This document shows positions 1 through 12,600 of a stretch of DNA of 64,000 bases, piece after piece (position 1 is the first letter of the stretch; the number at the start of each line of letters is the position of its first letter). The DNA comes from Tubulanus polymorphus (Eukaryota; Animalia; Nemertea): assembly GCF_964204645.1 (NCBI RefSeq), contig NC_134026.1, forward strand, positions 17,456,150 through 17,520,149. The letters run 5' to 3'. The notes under the pieces were generated by a model, which did no database searches, was not told the origin of the DNA, and saw only the letters and a program-made list of their open reading frames with translations. Both the position numbers and the translations under genes were made by a program.

Positions 1-632
1 AACTTATTTAATACTTCTTTGAAAGCTAAGTTAGAGTAAATCAGATGACAATAAATGTCTTTAGTTCATAACTTTAGAGGAAAAACTCCAGTCATGTATT
101 GTGAACCGCCGGTTTGCTGATCTGAACGATCCTAGCTACCTACGCGCATGAATAAGTGCCGGTATTATGATTTGTGCCCAAGTACATTGCTCGGCTACGA
201 TGGTATAACCGAAAATGATAGGATCCAAAAATTTGTAACTGCATATTTAAGTTGCAATCAATTAAATGAAATGCTGAAATCAATTACGGGTATAGAGCTA
301 CCACAATGACGTAATCGTATTAACAAGGAGTTTAGCAAGAAAGCTAGTGACAAAATGGACTCTTAAGTGTTCATAATAAGAATCACCCACACCATGACGT
401 TTGTTATTAACTTAGCTTATGGAAACAATTGATCATATGACATGGACGTATTCTCTATACCATACGTCCATAGTAGTCGAATGAAACACTCTAATCCGTG
501 TATACTGTAGATTAATTGAAGAAGTCACACAATTCGAATTTGATTTGAAATAATTTATCAGAACGAACCACAACGTTTCGTTCTTATAAATTATTTCATA
601 TAAAATTCGAATTCTGGGACTTCTTCGATTAA

Positions 633-3600
633 TCATACGTCCATATTCACAACTAATTGCTCACTCAACTCCCAAAGGCGTTCGGTGACCTCCCGATAGT
701 TCATTGGTAGATGCGGAATGGTTGCCTTGCAATCAACGAACAATTCAGCCGATGACGATACGTTCATATCTTCCTCGGTGGCGCAGTATATTATCGTTTG
801 CGCTCCTTGTTCTGGCGATCGGAAAAACAGTGACGCAACGCACCGAAGTAATAATCGTTTCACACGACTGTCTGACCACGACCGGAATAGGTTCGTGTTT
901 GTTGCTCCTGGAGTAGAAAATAATTCACAAAATATCTATATTTGTTTCCATGACCTATTGGCTGTAACGAGGAGCGATAGGGCACTTTTTTGTCAACTTT
1001 TGTTTCCTTTGGATTTTAAACACCAAATAGTTTTTTAACTCGCACCCTATTGCCCAAAATGGGAATAGTTGTGCATGATTACATTGTCAAAACTGAAATC
1101 ATTTTGAACCAGATAATTTAAGCATGGCTTACCTGGATGAACTGCGAACGCCGAAATGCCGTCCTTGCCAAATCGGCTATTCACTCCAGTGGTAAATAAA
1201 ATGTTGGCCACCTTACTCCGACCGTACGCTAAATACGGCGAATAGTATTTCTTTCGTGGCGATCGAAGCCAGGCCAAATCTTCGAGATTCAAATTCCTTG
1301 CGCCGATTATGTGAGCGTCGGATGCGACAACGACAACTCTAGACTTTGAACATACATTGATGATGGGTAGCAGTTCGCTGAACAGAAGAAAATGGCCCAA
1401 ATGATTGACAGTGAAGGTCATCTCGTATCCTTCTACAGACTTCTTCATTGGGCCCAGGTACGCTTGAAAGATAGAACATCAATCTTGATATAATTTCTAA
1501 TCAATATGCGTTTTGGTCGATTATTGATTAAAAAGGATATGTTAATCTTCTTAAATCTTAACAGATTTACTCCACCGTGTTTCCTGTAACTTTCCTCGAT
1601 GGAACCACAAGAAGAAAACTCCTTAAAATCCACTCGGTCTGCTTTCCATAGCTTTTAAATCTATTTCTGAGTTCACTTATCAATCAATAGAATTAGAATT
1701 CTAATTCTTGATATTTGGGATTTTATCTTCTTTCAGAGAAAACCCTATTGATTTCCTCCGGATTAGTATAATCATGATTATTATTGTTATTATCATTATT
1801 ATAGTTGCTGTCGTCATTGTCAATTCTGAGCACATCTTTTAATTTTCAGGATGTGTTCGACATTTGAGATTTTCCATTTTAATGTTGAAATCTTTATTTT
1901 TTTCTATTTAAGCATGATACATGAACCAGAAACTTAACGCTTAACGCGAGAAATTTATAACACACAACCTGAAGGTAATTTTTGTCAGCAGGGAGACATT
2001 TCTACGACCAATCGTTAGGGCCCTAGGCCAAATAAGGGGGACCCCTATTTTTTCGGCCCTTGCTCCTACATTCCAACAGACAGAAGGATGCCCGCACGGG
2101 ATTTTCTTTAAAATTAGTACATATTCTGGGGGCGAAATAGTAACACATCTGTATCGCTTTAGTACTTGAGTGTTATCATTACAAATGTTTGTATCCGGAT
2201 ACTTCTTACCAAGATGTCTTCAAAGACCTTCAAAATTAGTCCATCTTTTTCCAACTAGGTGGCGCTTTCGACAAATATCTTTATCACTTGAACCAATGGA
2301 CCGATTATGGTATAACTCTGTTCACAGATACTTTTATCAAATAGCTCATTTCCCTTCCACTTAAGGGGTACTACAGTGGAATGCGCACATCTCAATTACA
2401 CTTGTTTTTTACTATTACCAAAATGAGTTCTGATGCATTTCTAACAAACTTATAATCGTTTAGAAAATAAGAGCATATGATAACTTAAGCCAGTTATCAG
2501 AAACTTGTTATGGCTACTTTGCAGCTATATTTATATTCGAGATCATCTTTGAGACCTAACATAACAAAGTTTTTCCGTGGTTTTTGTGACTTTCATTAGC
2601 ACGAATAATATTCATTTGATATCCGTCAAATGAGAAAACGACAACTTCAACACTATATACTTACCAGCATTTTCAATTAATATGTCCAACTTTTTCAAGT
2701 CGCTTTTAAACGCTGTTGCAAATCTTCTAATTGAATTGAAACTCGAAAGATCCAAACACCGTCCATATACTTTGCCGTTTCCAGAGCAAACAATAATTTC
2801 GTTGACAGCAATGGCGGTTTTGTCAACATTTCTCCCGGTAATATACACGGTAGCTTTTCTTCTAGCCAGTTCTATTGCAATTGCTTTTCCTATGCCTTCA
2901 GTGCCACCTGAATTAAGGAATAGATGTTGAAAAATGCTGATCGAGCTGATCCGAGTAAGGTTCATTCAGTTGGCCAATATCACAGGGGCTCGTCACGATA
3001 GCTGGGGGTCCAAAATCAAAGATTTGACCCAGTATCCTAGGTACCACCTATAAAAAAAAAGAATAGGTGGTACCTGGGATACTGGGTCAAATCTTATTGA
3101 TTAAGAATAAGATTAGCTTTTGATTATTGATTAGCTTTTGATTATATTTTGAAGGTGCGGGAGAAGTTGTTCGACACATCGATAATGTACAAATTACAAA
3201 TAACTGATTGTATAAAAATAACAAATAATGGATCCAACACCGAGCTACGAGGCATGTCACAAATCACTACTACGGCAGATCCAGTGTAACCAAAAATATG
3301 TATTTTTGGTGTAACGGAGAGCAGTCACTGTAGGTAAGAAAAAGAGAGACCAGGCTCATCCTCGCCAACGAACCATCTCTGGTTGATACGAACGAGGACA
3401 CGCATCGTAGTCCATTAAACTAGAGACTCGAGACTATTCCAGTTCCGCTTTGGAATATCAAGGTGTTTTGTCCGTTCGACAGAAACCCCCTTTGCTTCCC
3501 TCGTGATTATTATTATATTTTCAAATATCACCGGTGGTGATTTAATTCCGACATATTTCACGGAATTAAATCACTGCCGGTCGAAAAATGATAAGATTAA

Positions 3601-5029
3601 ATGAAAAATGATTTAAATCCGTGAAAAAAGTCGGAATAATATCACCACTAGTAAAAAAAACAAAATAAATTGAAAAATGATTTTATCTCATGAAAAAAGT
3701 CTGAATCAAATCGGCGCCGATGGAAAATACGTAACATTAATACAAAATCTAATTTTTATTTGATTCTATGATTTTTCAATCAGCAAAAAATAAAATAAGT
3801 AACTATGTCCGCATGACGCTTCCGTAAAGGGCTTATAGAAGTACCGAGTACGAATATTTTTCATAAAATGAGTATCCTTCCAAATCACTGATGCGCACTG
3901 CCACCGCTTAAAAACATTCCGATTAAGATTTTGACACCGTTCCTAAAGGCGCCGATCATTCATTCCCGTGTGGCAGAGTGAGTCGCTCTTCACATTTCGT
4001 TTGGCTGTTTGCGTCCTAGATTTTTTTCAGGATATTTTTTCACATCTTAGTTCTATTTACTGCACGAATGAGTCATTAATTGAAGATACAAGTTAGTTGA
4101 CACGACAAAAGAAAAATTCATTTCGAAATAGAATAAAACTTAAGCAATACAAAGTTTTTCTCCGTTATTTTTGTGACTGCGCCCCGGCATTGGTACTCAA
4201 AGATAATAAGACATCCTCGGTATCTTCCAACACCACCATCACCTAATGTGCTAAATACAATAAAAAATTCAAGTTCAAATGGACTTTATTGTTCCTTACT
4301 ATTACAAATCAACCATTGGATTTCAACGATACAGTATAAAGATAATACAAAATTCAGATCAAGATTTGATAACATGAAATACATGCATAACCAAAACGCT
4401 CACAAGACATTTCGTAGCCATAGCTAAAAATGAGAGATTAAGCTTAAACCCTGCAATTCTGTAAGTTATATTTGGGTGAAAAAATGTTAGCATATCAGGT
4501 GTTAACATCAGGATAAATGTTAGCATAATAGTTATCACATCCGGTGGTTGAATGATTTTTAGAATGATTTTTTTCTTAATTTGTATAATTCCCATTATCT
4601 CGAACAGAAAAGCCGCTTTATCGCTGCGTTATAGCTATTATTGACACATGACGCTTTCTAGATGTAGTTGAATTTACCTTATGTTTGATGGGAAATTATG
4701 TGAGATTCTTTTCATCGAGGAATATGTTCTATAATTAACAATAAACACGAGCAATGGATCCGACACCCTCAACACGACAACGCTTTTAAAGACCGAACGT
4801 TCTTCAAACATGTTTCTTGTATTTCATTTCCTATGTGTGTTATGGTTTTGTTTATTTTTTTCGTTGAAATGTGTCTCAGGAATGTCAGGTACATGCATCA
4901 CAACCTACCTGTTATTAGAACATTTTTGCCGATGAGTTGTTGTGAATTGCCAAAATAGTTCGGTTTCCTTAGTTTGTAACGAAGCCAAAAATATCCCGAA
5001 AGGAGGACCAATATGACCACTGTCATCAT
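633..5029 (-). CDS. Retinol dehydrogenase 11/12/13-like short-chain dehydrogenase/reductase; 4 coding exons: 5029-4909, 2907-2665, 1462-1133, 907-633
   Basis: Spliced frame with GT-AG junctions: N-terminal hydrophobic anchor MMTVVILVLLSGYFWL, LITGGTEGIG (TGxxxGxG), LDILIENA, VNHLGHFLL, catalytic YGRSK, VHPG, SPEQGAQT. Confidence 0.9.
3019..3095. repeat. Near-perfect short palindrome (collapsed MITE/hairpin) in SDR intron 1
   Basis: AAGATTTGACCCAGTATCCTAGGTACCACCTAT, an A-rich loop, then ATAGGTGGTACCTGGGATACTGGGTCAAATCTT; ~33-bp arms with one mismatch. Confidence 0.85.
3520..3730. repeat. Degenerate ~60-bp tandem/inverted repeat cluster
   Basis: Recurring AAATGATTTaaATCcgTGAAAAAAGTCgGAAT..ATCacc units and their reverse complement. 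Confidence 0.5.
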
Positions 5030-5804
5030 ATTGACGCACGTACGTAATACAGACAAAATGCGAATGTACACAAATTAACGGTTGCGGATTTGTATCTGCA
5101 TGACGTCATAGAATTATCTCACAGAATTTGGTTGATTAGGTCCTGCGGGGATCTAATCCCAGCGGATATCTAATCTAATCTAAAATGTCAAATGAACAAA
5201 ATCCATGGGGTGAACAAATGTCGAAAGGTTTGTGCGGAAGGGTTCTTGGATAGAAAAATATGCATAAAAAGATTTACTATATTTTCTCATCATATCCTTC
5301 ATGTAATCTAGCAATCTTCCCACCTTTATCCTGATACCAAAGTATATCCGTGTGTAGACCTAAAACTACGTACGTAGTTTCTTGAATTCAAGCGCCACTG
5401 TAAGATGAGACGGTGAAACTGTCCAAGGAAGATACCGGGGGTTTGATGAGTAGGTGTGCAGGGCTCTCTCCCATTCCCATTTTGGGGTATTCTATGGCAA
5501 TTCTGCAAGTCTAATTTTTCGGCTCGTCCTTTCTAAACGGGCACTCGAAATATCTAAGGAGTTGCGCATACACTCACCCTAATCCTCTTCCCACCCCAAA
5601 TCCATTCCTAGGACTATGAGTAACTTGGAATCCATCTAAAGCGTTAAAAATTCTTCACTTTGATTAGTTGAATTGTGGCCATACTTACGCCCCATTTCAG
5701 AATCAGGTCGATGTATCGAAGACTATGATCAAATGAAATATAACAACAACGGGTTTTTGTGATTGCTTTATTCTCTCAATTTCAACTACGTAATGTTTTA
5801 CATT

Positions 5805-8800
5805 TTACAAATAATTGCCATATTTTGGACACATGTCACATGATTTGCGACAGTTATCGCTCATCCAGCCTGGATTTAATGCGCATTCTCCCCTCGTCGC
5901 CCACGTATCGCAGGAACTCGATTTGTGTTTATTTATACAGTGTCTGTCGTAATATGCTTATAATGAAATGAAAAATAAATCAACCTGAATTAATATTTGA
6001 ATTCTTTAATTCATAAAATTTGAATATATGATGCGATTTTTCTGTTGCTTTTCTTTCCAGGACGATTAATCTGCGATTTGCTTTTTCAACACTTTTTTCA
6101 ACTTCTGTTTTCGCAGATTTTTCTTTGATATGTTTTGTGATTATACTTACATTTTGGTGTAATGCAATTGCAATTCTTGTCAATAAATCCATCGCTTGGA
6201 CAATTTACTGCAGGACAATTGACTAGAAGAAAAAGTATTGACACGATAATTGCGAAGAGAGGATCAACTCAATAATGAATTGATGTTGTTATAGAAATTC
6301 ATCTTACATTAAACACAAAATAGTTGATATAGCCAATGAACTAAAAAAGTATTCATTTTATAACTCAGAAACCTACCTGCACATTTATACATTTGGTTAA
6401 CAACTTTTGCATCAGTAAATGACAGTGTCTTTGTGTTAACATTACCCATCCAATTTGATTTAGATGCATCTATAGTCTCCATTGTGTTTTGCCCATTGCC
6501 AGAAAATGCCTGAAGTTACATACTATATACTGATATTTCTAATAACGCCATACTTTTGAATAGATATCGTACGTATATGAACAAAGTATAAACCATACAT
6601 TTCAGAAAACAAAAAAAAAACACGAATTGAATATCTCAACACATCTAGGTTTTTAAATCCCAACGAAATGCCATGTGACTTAGTAGAAGTATGTATTATA
6701 ATGAGATGATATTCGTTGCTCATTCATTTACTTATGATTAATATCAATCTATTTATTCATTGTGTACTCAAACCTTTGCTCCGTAATGCATAACACTAGC
6801 ATAATCGTAGTCGGTTCCATAAACGTTAACATACGATGAACTGTATTTGTCAAACCATTTTGTTAACGCGGTGTCGACATTCTGCCACAATACTCGAATA
6901 TATGTATCCCTATTTGGCAACTGGTGTTCATGAACGAGACCTATCGCGTGGCCAATCTCATGCAGAAATACGCCCAACTACAATAAAAGGATTTTAGGCA
7001 AAAGAAATTGATTCCTTGTTTATCTTTTCTGCTGAGCTTAAAAGTTGACCGGCCAGCCGTCTTCTGTACATTATTTTTTTTTAAACCATGATCAAGCTAA
7101 CTAAAACAGATCCGGCAGCTATCGAAATGAAAGTTCATTGTGATTTACAATAAATAACCCGCCGACTAGGAGAAACAAGGTTTAGCATTATCAAAAGCGG
7201 TGCCCAGTGAAAACATAGTTCTGTGAACAAATAGAATTATTATACGGAGCCCCGGAGAAATAATCATTTCTTGGAAACGATATTTTTTTCGCGGGGAAAA
7301 TAATCTTTTCGTTTGAACGAAATCATGTTCAAATCTTACAATTAACCTCAACCGTTTACAACTCAGTTATGTTATCCCCAGGCAATTGCCCCTATATAAG
7401 CCTTCCCAAGACAATTACCCCTCAGACAATAGCCCTTCGCAAGTTATCCCCAGATAATAACCCTCATCCCCTGTAAATTGCCCCGCGGAATAATCATCCC
7501 AGAAAAGTCCTAACATGAACATTGCCGCCCCCACCCTCAGAAATTTACCCCTTTGGGGAGGGGGGTATTTTTCTTACACGGAGGAATGCTACAATTTAAC
7601 GAAATACTTTTCGTTCCCACGTAAAAGAAATATTTTTCACCCTGTGACGTCCGGAGCTCCGTATCGATATGACCAAGTCCCAATAATATTGATACGTCTT
7701 GCGCGAAGTTTCTGCATGTTCAGATTTACCATTTATTGACATTGCACCGTCCGAGAGAGTTCGGCCAAAGCTTTTGTCCCGTGTGTGTCACCATATTTGT
7801 AGTCGATATATTGTAATATGTATGGATAGGAGAAGATAAAATCCAATTCATGCTGCGAACTTCGAAAGGGGAAGCGTGGAGGGTGTAGGTGTATAACGTG
7901 CATGGTTCATTTTGAATATATTTCCATCGTCATAAAGAATTTTTGAAACGCATTGCTTCAGTGATGCGTCTCGGGATTTTGGCCATTGATACTTTTTATG
8001 TGATTTCTTCAGTGACACGCTGACGTATGAAATTAACAGTTATGAGCTAGACTTGAGCAATTAGAGCTTATATCAAGAAATTGATTGGAAGACCGATTGT
8101 GGGGGTGACATAACATAAGCTTTTCAAATCGCCGCATATTATTTGAGCGGAAAGAGATCCTCACCCATCGACAACCTTGTTTTGATAGGTTCACCTCCTG
8201 CGTTCCTCCTACCATACCCATCCATGAATTGCATCCACTGGAAAACATGATAAATCATCCAAAATGCGTGTGTATTCTTGTAGGCGAACTAGATTATCAA
8301 CAAACATTTACCCTTTTCCTGTTTGGAACAGTATCTTATTCTTATCAGAAGCCGTTGCCTTCCTGAATTTAATGCACGTCTCCTGCGCCCACAGATCCAT
8401 GGCCTTCTGTACTTCGGCTTTTTCGATATCAGCTGAAAAAGATCATAAACGAACCACATCGCATAGGGTAAGTGCTTGTGTGTTACAATTGTTTAAGTCA
8501 CCCATAGGTTCTTAATTTTGAAAGTGCTTTAGGCCAAGGAAATAAAGAAAAACTTGGTAATGATCGATTACAGTGTTATTTCGTTTTTCATTGTAATAGT
8601 GCTGAATTAATTTCGTCACAAACCAGCCAGTAACGGTTCGCATATCAATCATGATAGATATTTTGAATTCTTTTTTCTCTTGAATTCATTTTCATTAGAA
8701 GGATAAAAGAATGAACAGTTCAGTGTGATTACAAAAATCTATGATAACTCACAGAAATCATATTCATTATATTCGAACGGAATCGTATTGGCAGTCCATC

Positions 8801-9314
8801 GATATCGAGTTGCTGAAATCGCTTTCCTTCTTCTCCGAACATTCTTCCTACAGTTTTTCAAATTAAAAACTATTGCTTGCAAACGTTAATATTGTTTCAA
8901 CACAAAAAGATTAGTCCAATTTTAATGAGAAAGAAAGTGAAATGCTGATCGATGAAATGAAATGTTGTGGTGGTCACAGTAACACACATTTGCGTAATCA
9001 ACATCAGGGTCCGCGGTTTCATGAAAAAGTTTAAATCAGTTATGTTGGAATAAGTGTTGCCCTCGTTGGAAAATGAAGTAACTAATCGAAATACCACTTA
9101 AAATTCTAGTTGAACTTCTTCATAAAACTGGATCCAGTGTGTTGAACAAGAACACTGGTGTCCTTGAACCTATGCTGATATTCTGAAATTTCTGTATTTT
9201 CCTATAGAATTAACACTTACTGTGGATGAAGCATATCTCTCTGTTCGTTTGTTAATTTTAGATCTTGTCCTTCAACTTCAACGCCATAATCTTTTTGATT
9301 AGCTGGATCAATTC
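5805..9314 (-). CDS. Astacin (M12A) metalloprotease copy 1: prodomain + astacin + EGF-like + one ShKT. Exons 9314-9221, 8847-8753, 8432-8312, 8237-8165, 6977-6774, 6509-6377, 6222-6151, 5956-5805; 5' exons uncertain
   Basis: HEIGHAIGLVHEHQ zinc motif, SVMHY Met-turn, GCNSWMG, polybasic activation site RRRRKA, CPAVNCPSDGFIDKNCNC, ShKT CDTWATRGECALNPGWMSDNCRKSCDMC. Exon phases match copy 2. Confidence 0.9.
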
Positions 9315-10144
9315 CTGCAATGCACATTATAGCTGCAATGCAGCAATGACGGGTTTTCTGCCTCTTGCATGTTTAAAATGCCCCTATAAAGCATACAGAG
9401 CTTTGTTGCAATCGATCTCATAAGTTTATAAAAAAACGGCTTTTTCCAGAGTGCCGCTTCGGGATCAAAACATGCACTAGATTTGTTGATCAATATGGGT
9501 GTCTAAGTACAAAGTCCTGTTGAACCAAGTTTAGTCAAGATGTTTTTGAGGAAAAGCGGAGATACGGTCTTTTCACTTTGTAGTCCCCTGGCGGATGTCG
9601 TACTATTTAAACCGGATAGCATGTTGCACATATGTATTTGTACCTGTGTACCGAGTTTTTCAATAATTTTGTGTAATGATAGCAAACTGAATAACACTGG
9701 TACTCTTTTATTATTAAAGACATCTGTTGAAATGTCACTGTAATTCCTTAATCCAATTGGTAGATTTAATATTTTTTTCCGCGTTTGGAAGGGCCGCGAG
9801 GGTAAGTGTGTAATTATGTTTTCATACCAAAGGTCGAAATGTCGAGCTCATGAAATAAAAATAAATTCTCATCGGCTCGAATTTATTTCTATTTTATTTA
9901 CTCAACCTTTCAAACTTTGATATGAAAACATAATTATTCAATTACTCATTTTTATATAATATTGTTTTTAATATTCTAATATATTTTAAAAGACGATATT
10001 AAAATATGTAAAATAAATATCAAAATATGAAAAATAGATATTAAAATATTAAAATCTAAAATTGACAAAATAAAAAATAGATATTAAATCATAACAAAAT
10101 ATGATATATTAATTTTATTTTTAATAAAGAATATGTAAAATGAA

Positions 10145-10381
10145 TTGAATAAAAAATATTTAATAACAGATATTGAAATAATATCAACTAAATATGGAAA
10201 TAAATTTGTAGCACATTTAGAATATAAAGGTTTTAAAGATAATCATAAATTTAGAACATATTTACCAGATAGATTTAATAGATTATCAATTGAAAATATT
10301 GATGATTTAAAATCTGGAGTATCTGATTTCATTAATAAAGGTAAAGATGAAAAAGGACAACATGTTACAGATTTTGAGTAG
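10145..10381 (+). pseudogene. Polinton small OB-fold/SSB-like protein, left-TIR copy (5' truncated)
   Basis: NKKYLITDIEIISTKYGNKFVAHLE...RTYLPDRF resembles the 'L.LNK.Y.I.....TKYG...V.LP.R' small proteins of Polinton-like elements. Confidence 0.5.
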
Positions 10382-10397
10382 AAAATGTGCAAAATAA

Positions 10398-10889
10398 ATA
10401 AAAGAATATAGAATATATGTTGATTCTAGAAAACCTACAAATCATAAGTCTCATAATTTACTTATACAATTAGATAGAGAATTTAGAAATTGTGTTGATT
10501 TAAGATTAGTAAATGTAAGTTTATGTAATTCTTTTTATAGTATATCGAATGAAACTATTGGACATAATTCTTTTATGATTCATATTAGAACTATAAATAA
10601 ACGGTTAACTTTACTTTTAAAACCAGGATTATATTACATAGAAATATCATCTCAAGAAATTAATAGAAGAGCACGGTTAAAAATTAGAAGTGAAGATAAA
10701 GTTTTAATTAGATTCATAAAAAGTGAATGTTCAAATAAAATCATAATAAAGGAATATGATGAAAATCAACATGCAGTATTAGTAAGAAAACCCAAAGCTA
10801 AAATGTTAGGAATTAAACCAAATATTGTTACTGGAAACAATTTACTAATTTTATTTCATATTCAATTAATAAATCACAAAAATGATTAA
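10398..10889 (+). pseudogene. Penton (minor capsid protein)-like N-terminal fragment
   Basis: Open frame IKEYRIYVDSRKPTNHKSHNLLIQLDREFRNCVDLRLVNVSLCNSFYSISN...LLLKPGLYY matches the 'I.IDSR...F.I.L...F.NV..I.L....I.NSFY.I...G.Y' pattern of Polinton/PLV/NCLDV pentons. Confidence 0.6.
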
Positions 10890-12320
10890 TAACATTTTCA
10901 TTTCTAAACTTATAATATTCACTTTCTAATAATTCTGGATAATCAGATTTAATATACAATTCAAAAGCTGCAGCTGATTGATGAATTTTTTAGATAGTAT
11001 TTGTTATTAGAGGATCTGAATGATCAATTACACCAGAATTTTTGTGTTTACATTTTTAAAATTCTAATATTCTATCTTTTTCATTTGGTAAAATTAATTT
11101 ACAATAATCATGATTATCACATAATTGTTTATGATTCGATAAAGAACTCTCTGAATAAAATCGAGATAAACATTTTCTACATAGATATATAATTCAATTT
11201 GTTTTATCCACATATAATGATTCTCATAACATAATATATCTATAACATCATTTTCATCATAATCTTTTGATAAATATAAAGGTTCTAATGTAAATGTTTT
11301 ATATTATTACCATTTGTATTTGGTAATTCAATGAAGTCGAATACATTTATTTCTAAATTATTATCTTTTTCTATTTTTGGAATATGTTTAATTTAAACAG
11401 GAAAAATATCTATTTTATAATTATTTTCAAATTGTTTATAATTTGATTATCTAAAACTATGCGTAATATCTTCTGTTGGATGTAAACAACTTGCAATTGA
11501 CCATAAAAAACATTTATCATCAAAATTGTGTACATTTATTACAGCATTAGTTTTAAATGGTAACTTAATACAACTCGATGCATTCATATTATCATTTTTA
11601 TAATATGCTAAATTATTTTCATCTATTGGTTTCGATTTATTCAATTTATCATTTTTTGTTTTGTAGACATATAAAGTCATAAATATAATTTCATCCAATA
11701 TTAAACCAGATCCCCCAAACTGTGTCTCCTCTATTTCATTTTTTAAATCGGTATAACATTTATTTGATTTATCATCTATATGTTCTTTTTAAATAATATG
11801 TTGTGAATGAGATTGAATATGTATCTTCAAATTTTTTTAATTGAACTTATTATGATATACTTATTTTTGGGTATTCTAAATCTGTAATTATTTTCATAAT
11901 ATTTTCCATATTTTCTTAATGTAATTTATTTTCTTCTAATGTTTAACCTTTATGAAATTCAAATTCAATAGCTGCTGGTCCAATATTTGATTTAAATGAT
12001 TCAGTTATTTCTATTTCTTTTTTATTTTCCCCTTTTTGTATCATCTTTTGTTTTTTTTTATTATTTTCATCGAAATAATCTTCACCTGAAATATTCTTAT
12101 TTATATTTTTGACATGAATTTTAGATTTGAAATGTTTTTATGATATCGTTTTTCACCAAATGATTGATTACATGTATCCAATTGGTATATATCTTTTATA
12201 TTTTCTAATTTTTCATTACTATATTCTAATTTCAATAAATGTTTTTTAGATTTATTATGTCTAGATTTTTGTGATTTATCTTTATTTATTTTACATATTG
12301 GGCAATGATTAATATCCATT
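10870..12320 (-). pseudogene. Degenerate N-terminal part of a Polinton/adintovirus-type protein-primed PolB (C2H2 finger + N-terminal domain)
   Basis: CPICKINKDKSQKSRHNKSKKH zinc finger; EETQFGGSGLILDEII; SSCIKLPFKTNAVINVHNFDDKCFLWSIASCLHP; IPKIEKDNNLEINVF; ENHYMWIK. Multiple stops and frameshifts. Confidence 0.7.
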
Positions 12321-12335
12321 GATAATACAAATTTT

Positions 12336-12600
12336 TTATTCAAAATCTATAACATGATATCCTTTTTCATCTGTACCTTTATAAATTAAACAAAATATTC
12401 CAGATTTTAAATCACCAATATCTTCAATTGATATTCTATTAAATCTATCTGGTAAATATGTTCTTAATTTATGATTATTTCTTAAACCTTTATATTCTAA
12501 ATGTGCTACAAATTTGTTTCCATATTTAGTTGATATTATTTCAATATCTGTTATAAGATATTTTTTATTTAATGTTAATTCAATTAATTTTTTATATTTA
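12336..12600 (-). pseudogene. Polinton SSB-like protein, right-TIR copy
   Basis: Reverse-complement duplicate of 10145-10381 (ELTLNKKYLITDIEIISTKYGNKFVAHLEYKG...). Confidence 0.55.

Noticed and set aside
5980-6192. 70-aa coiled-coil-looking ORF
   Set aside because: It overlaps the astacin EGF-like exon (6151-6222) in another frame and runs through the intron after a GTAAGT donor.
9503-9505. In-frame TAG as programmed readthrough
   Set aside because: No readthrough context is evident; a nonsense mutation after Polinton disruption is simpler.
9644-9794. Cys-loop receptor/AChBP-like N-terminus in the rebuilt secreted ORF
   Set aside because: Only a vague pattern; no downstream W.D, W.PD or Cys-loop exons were found.
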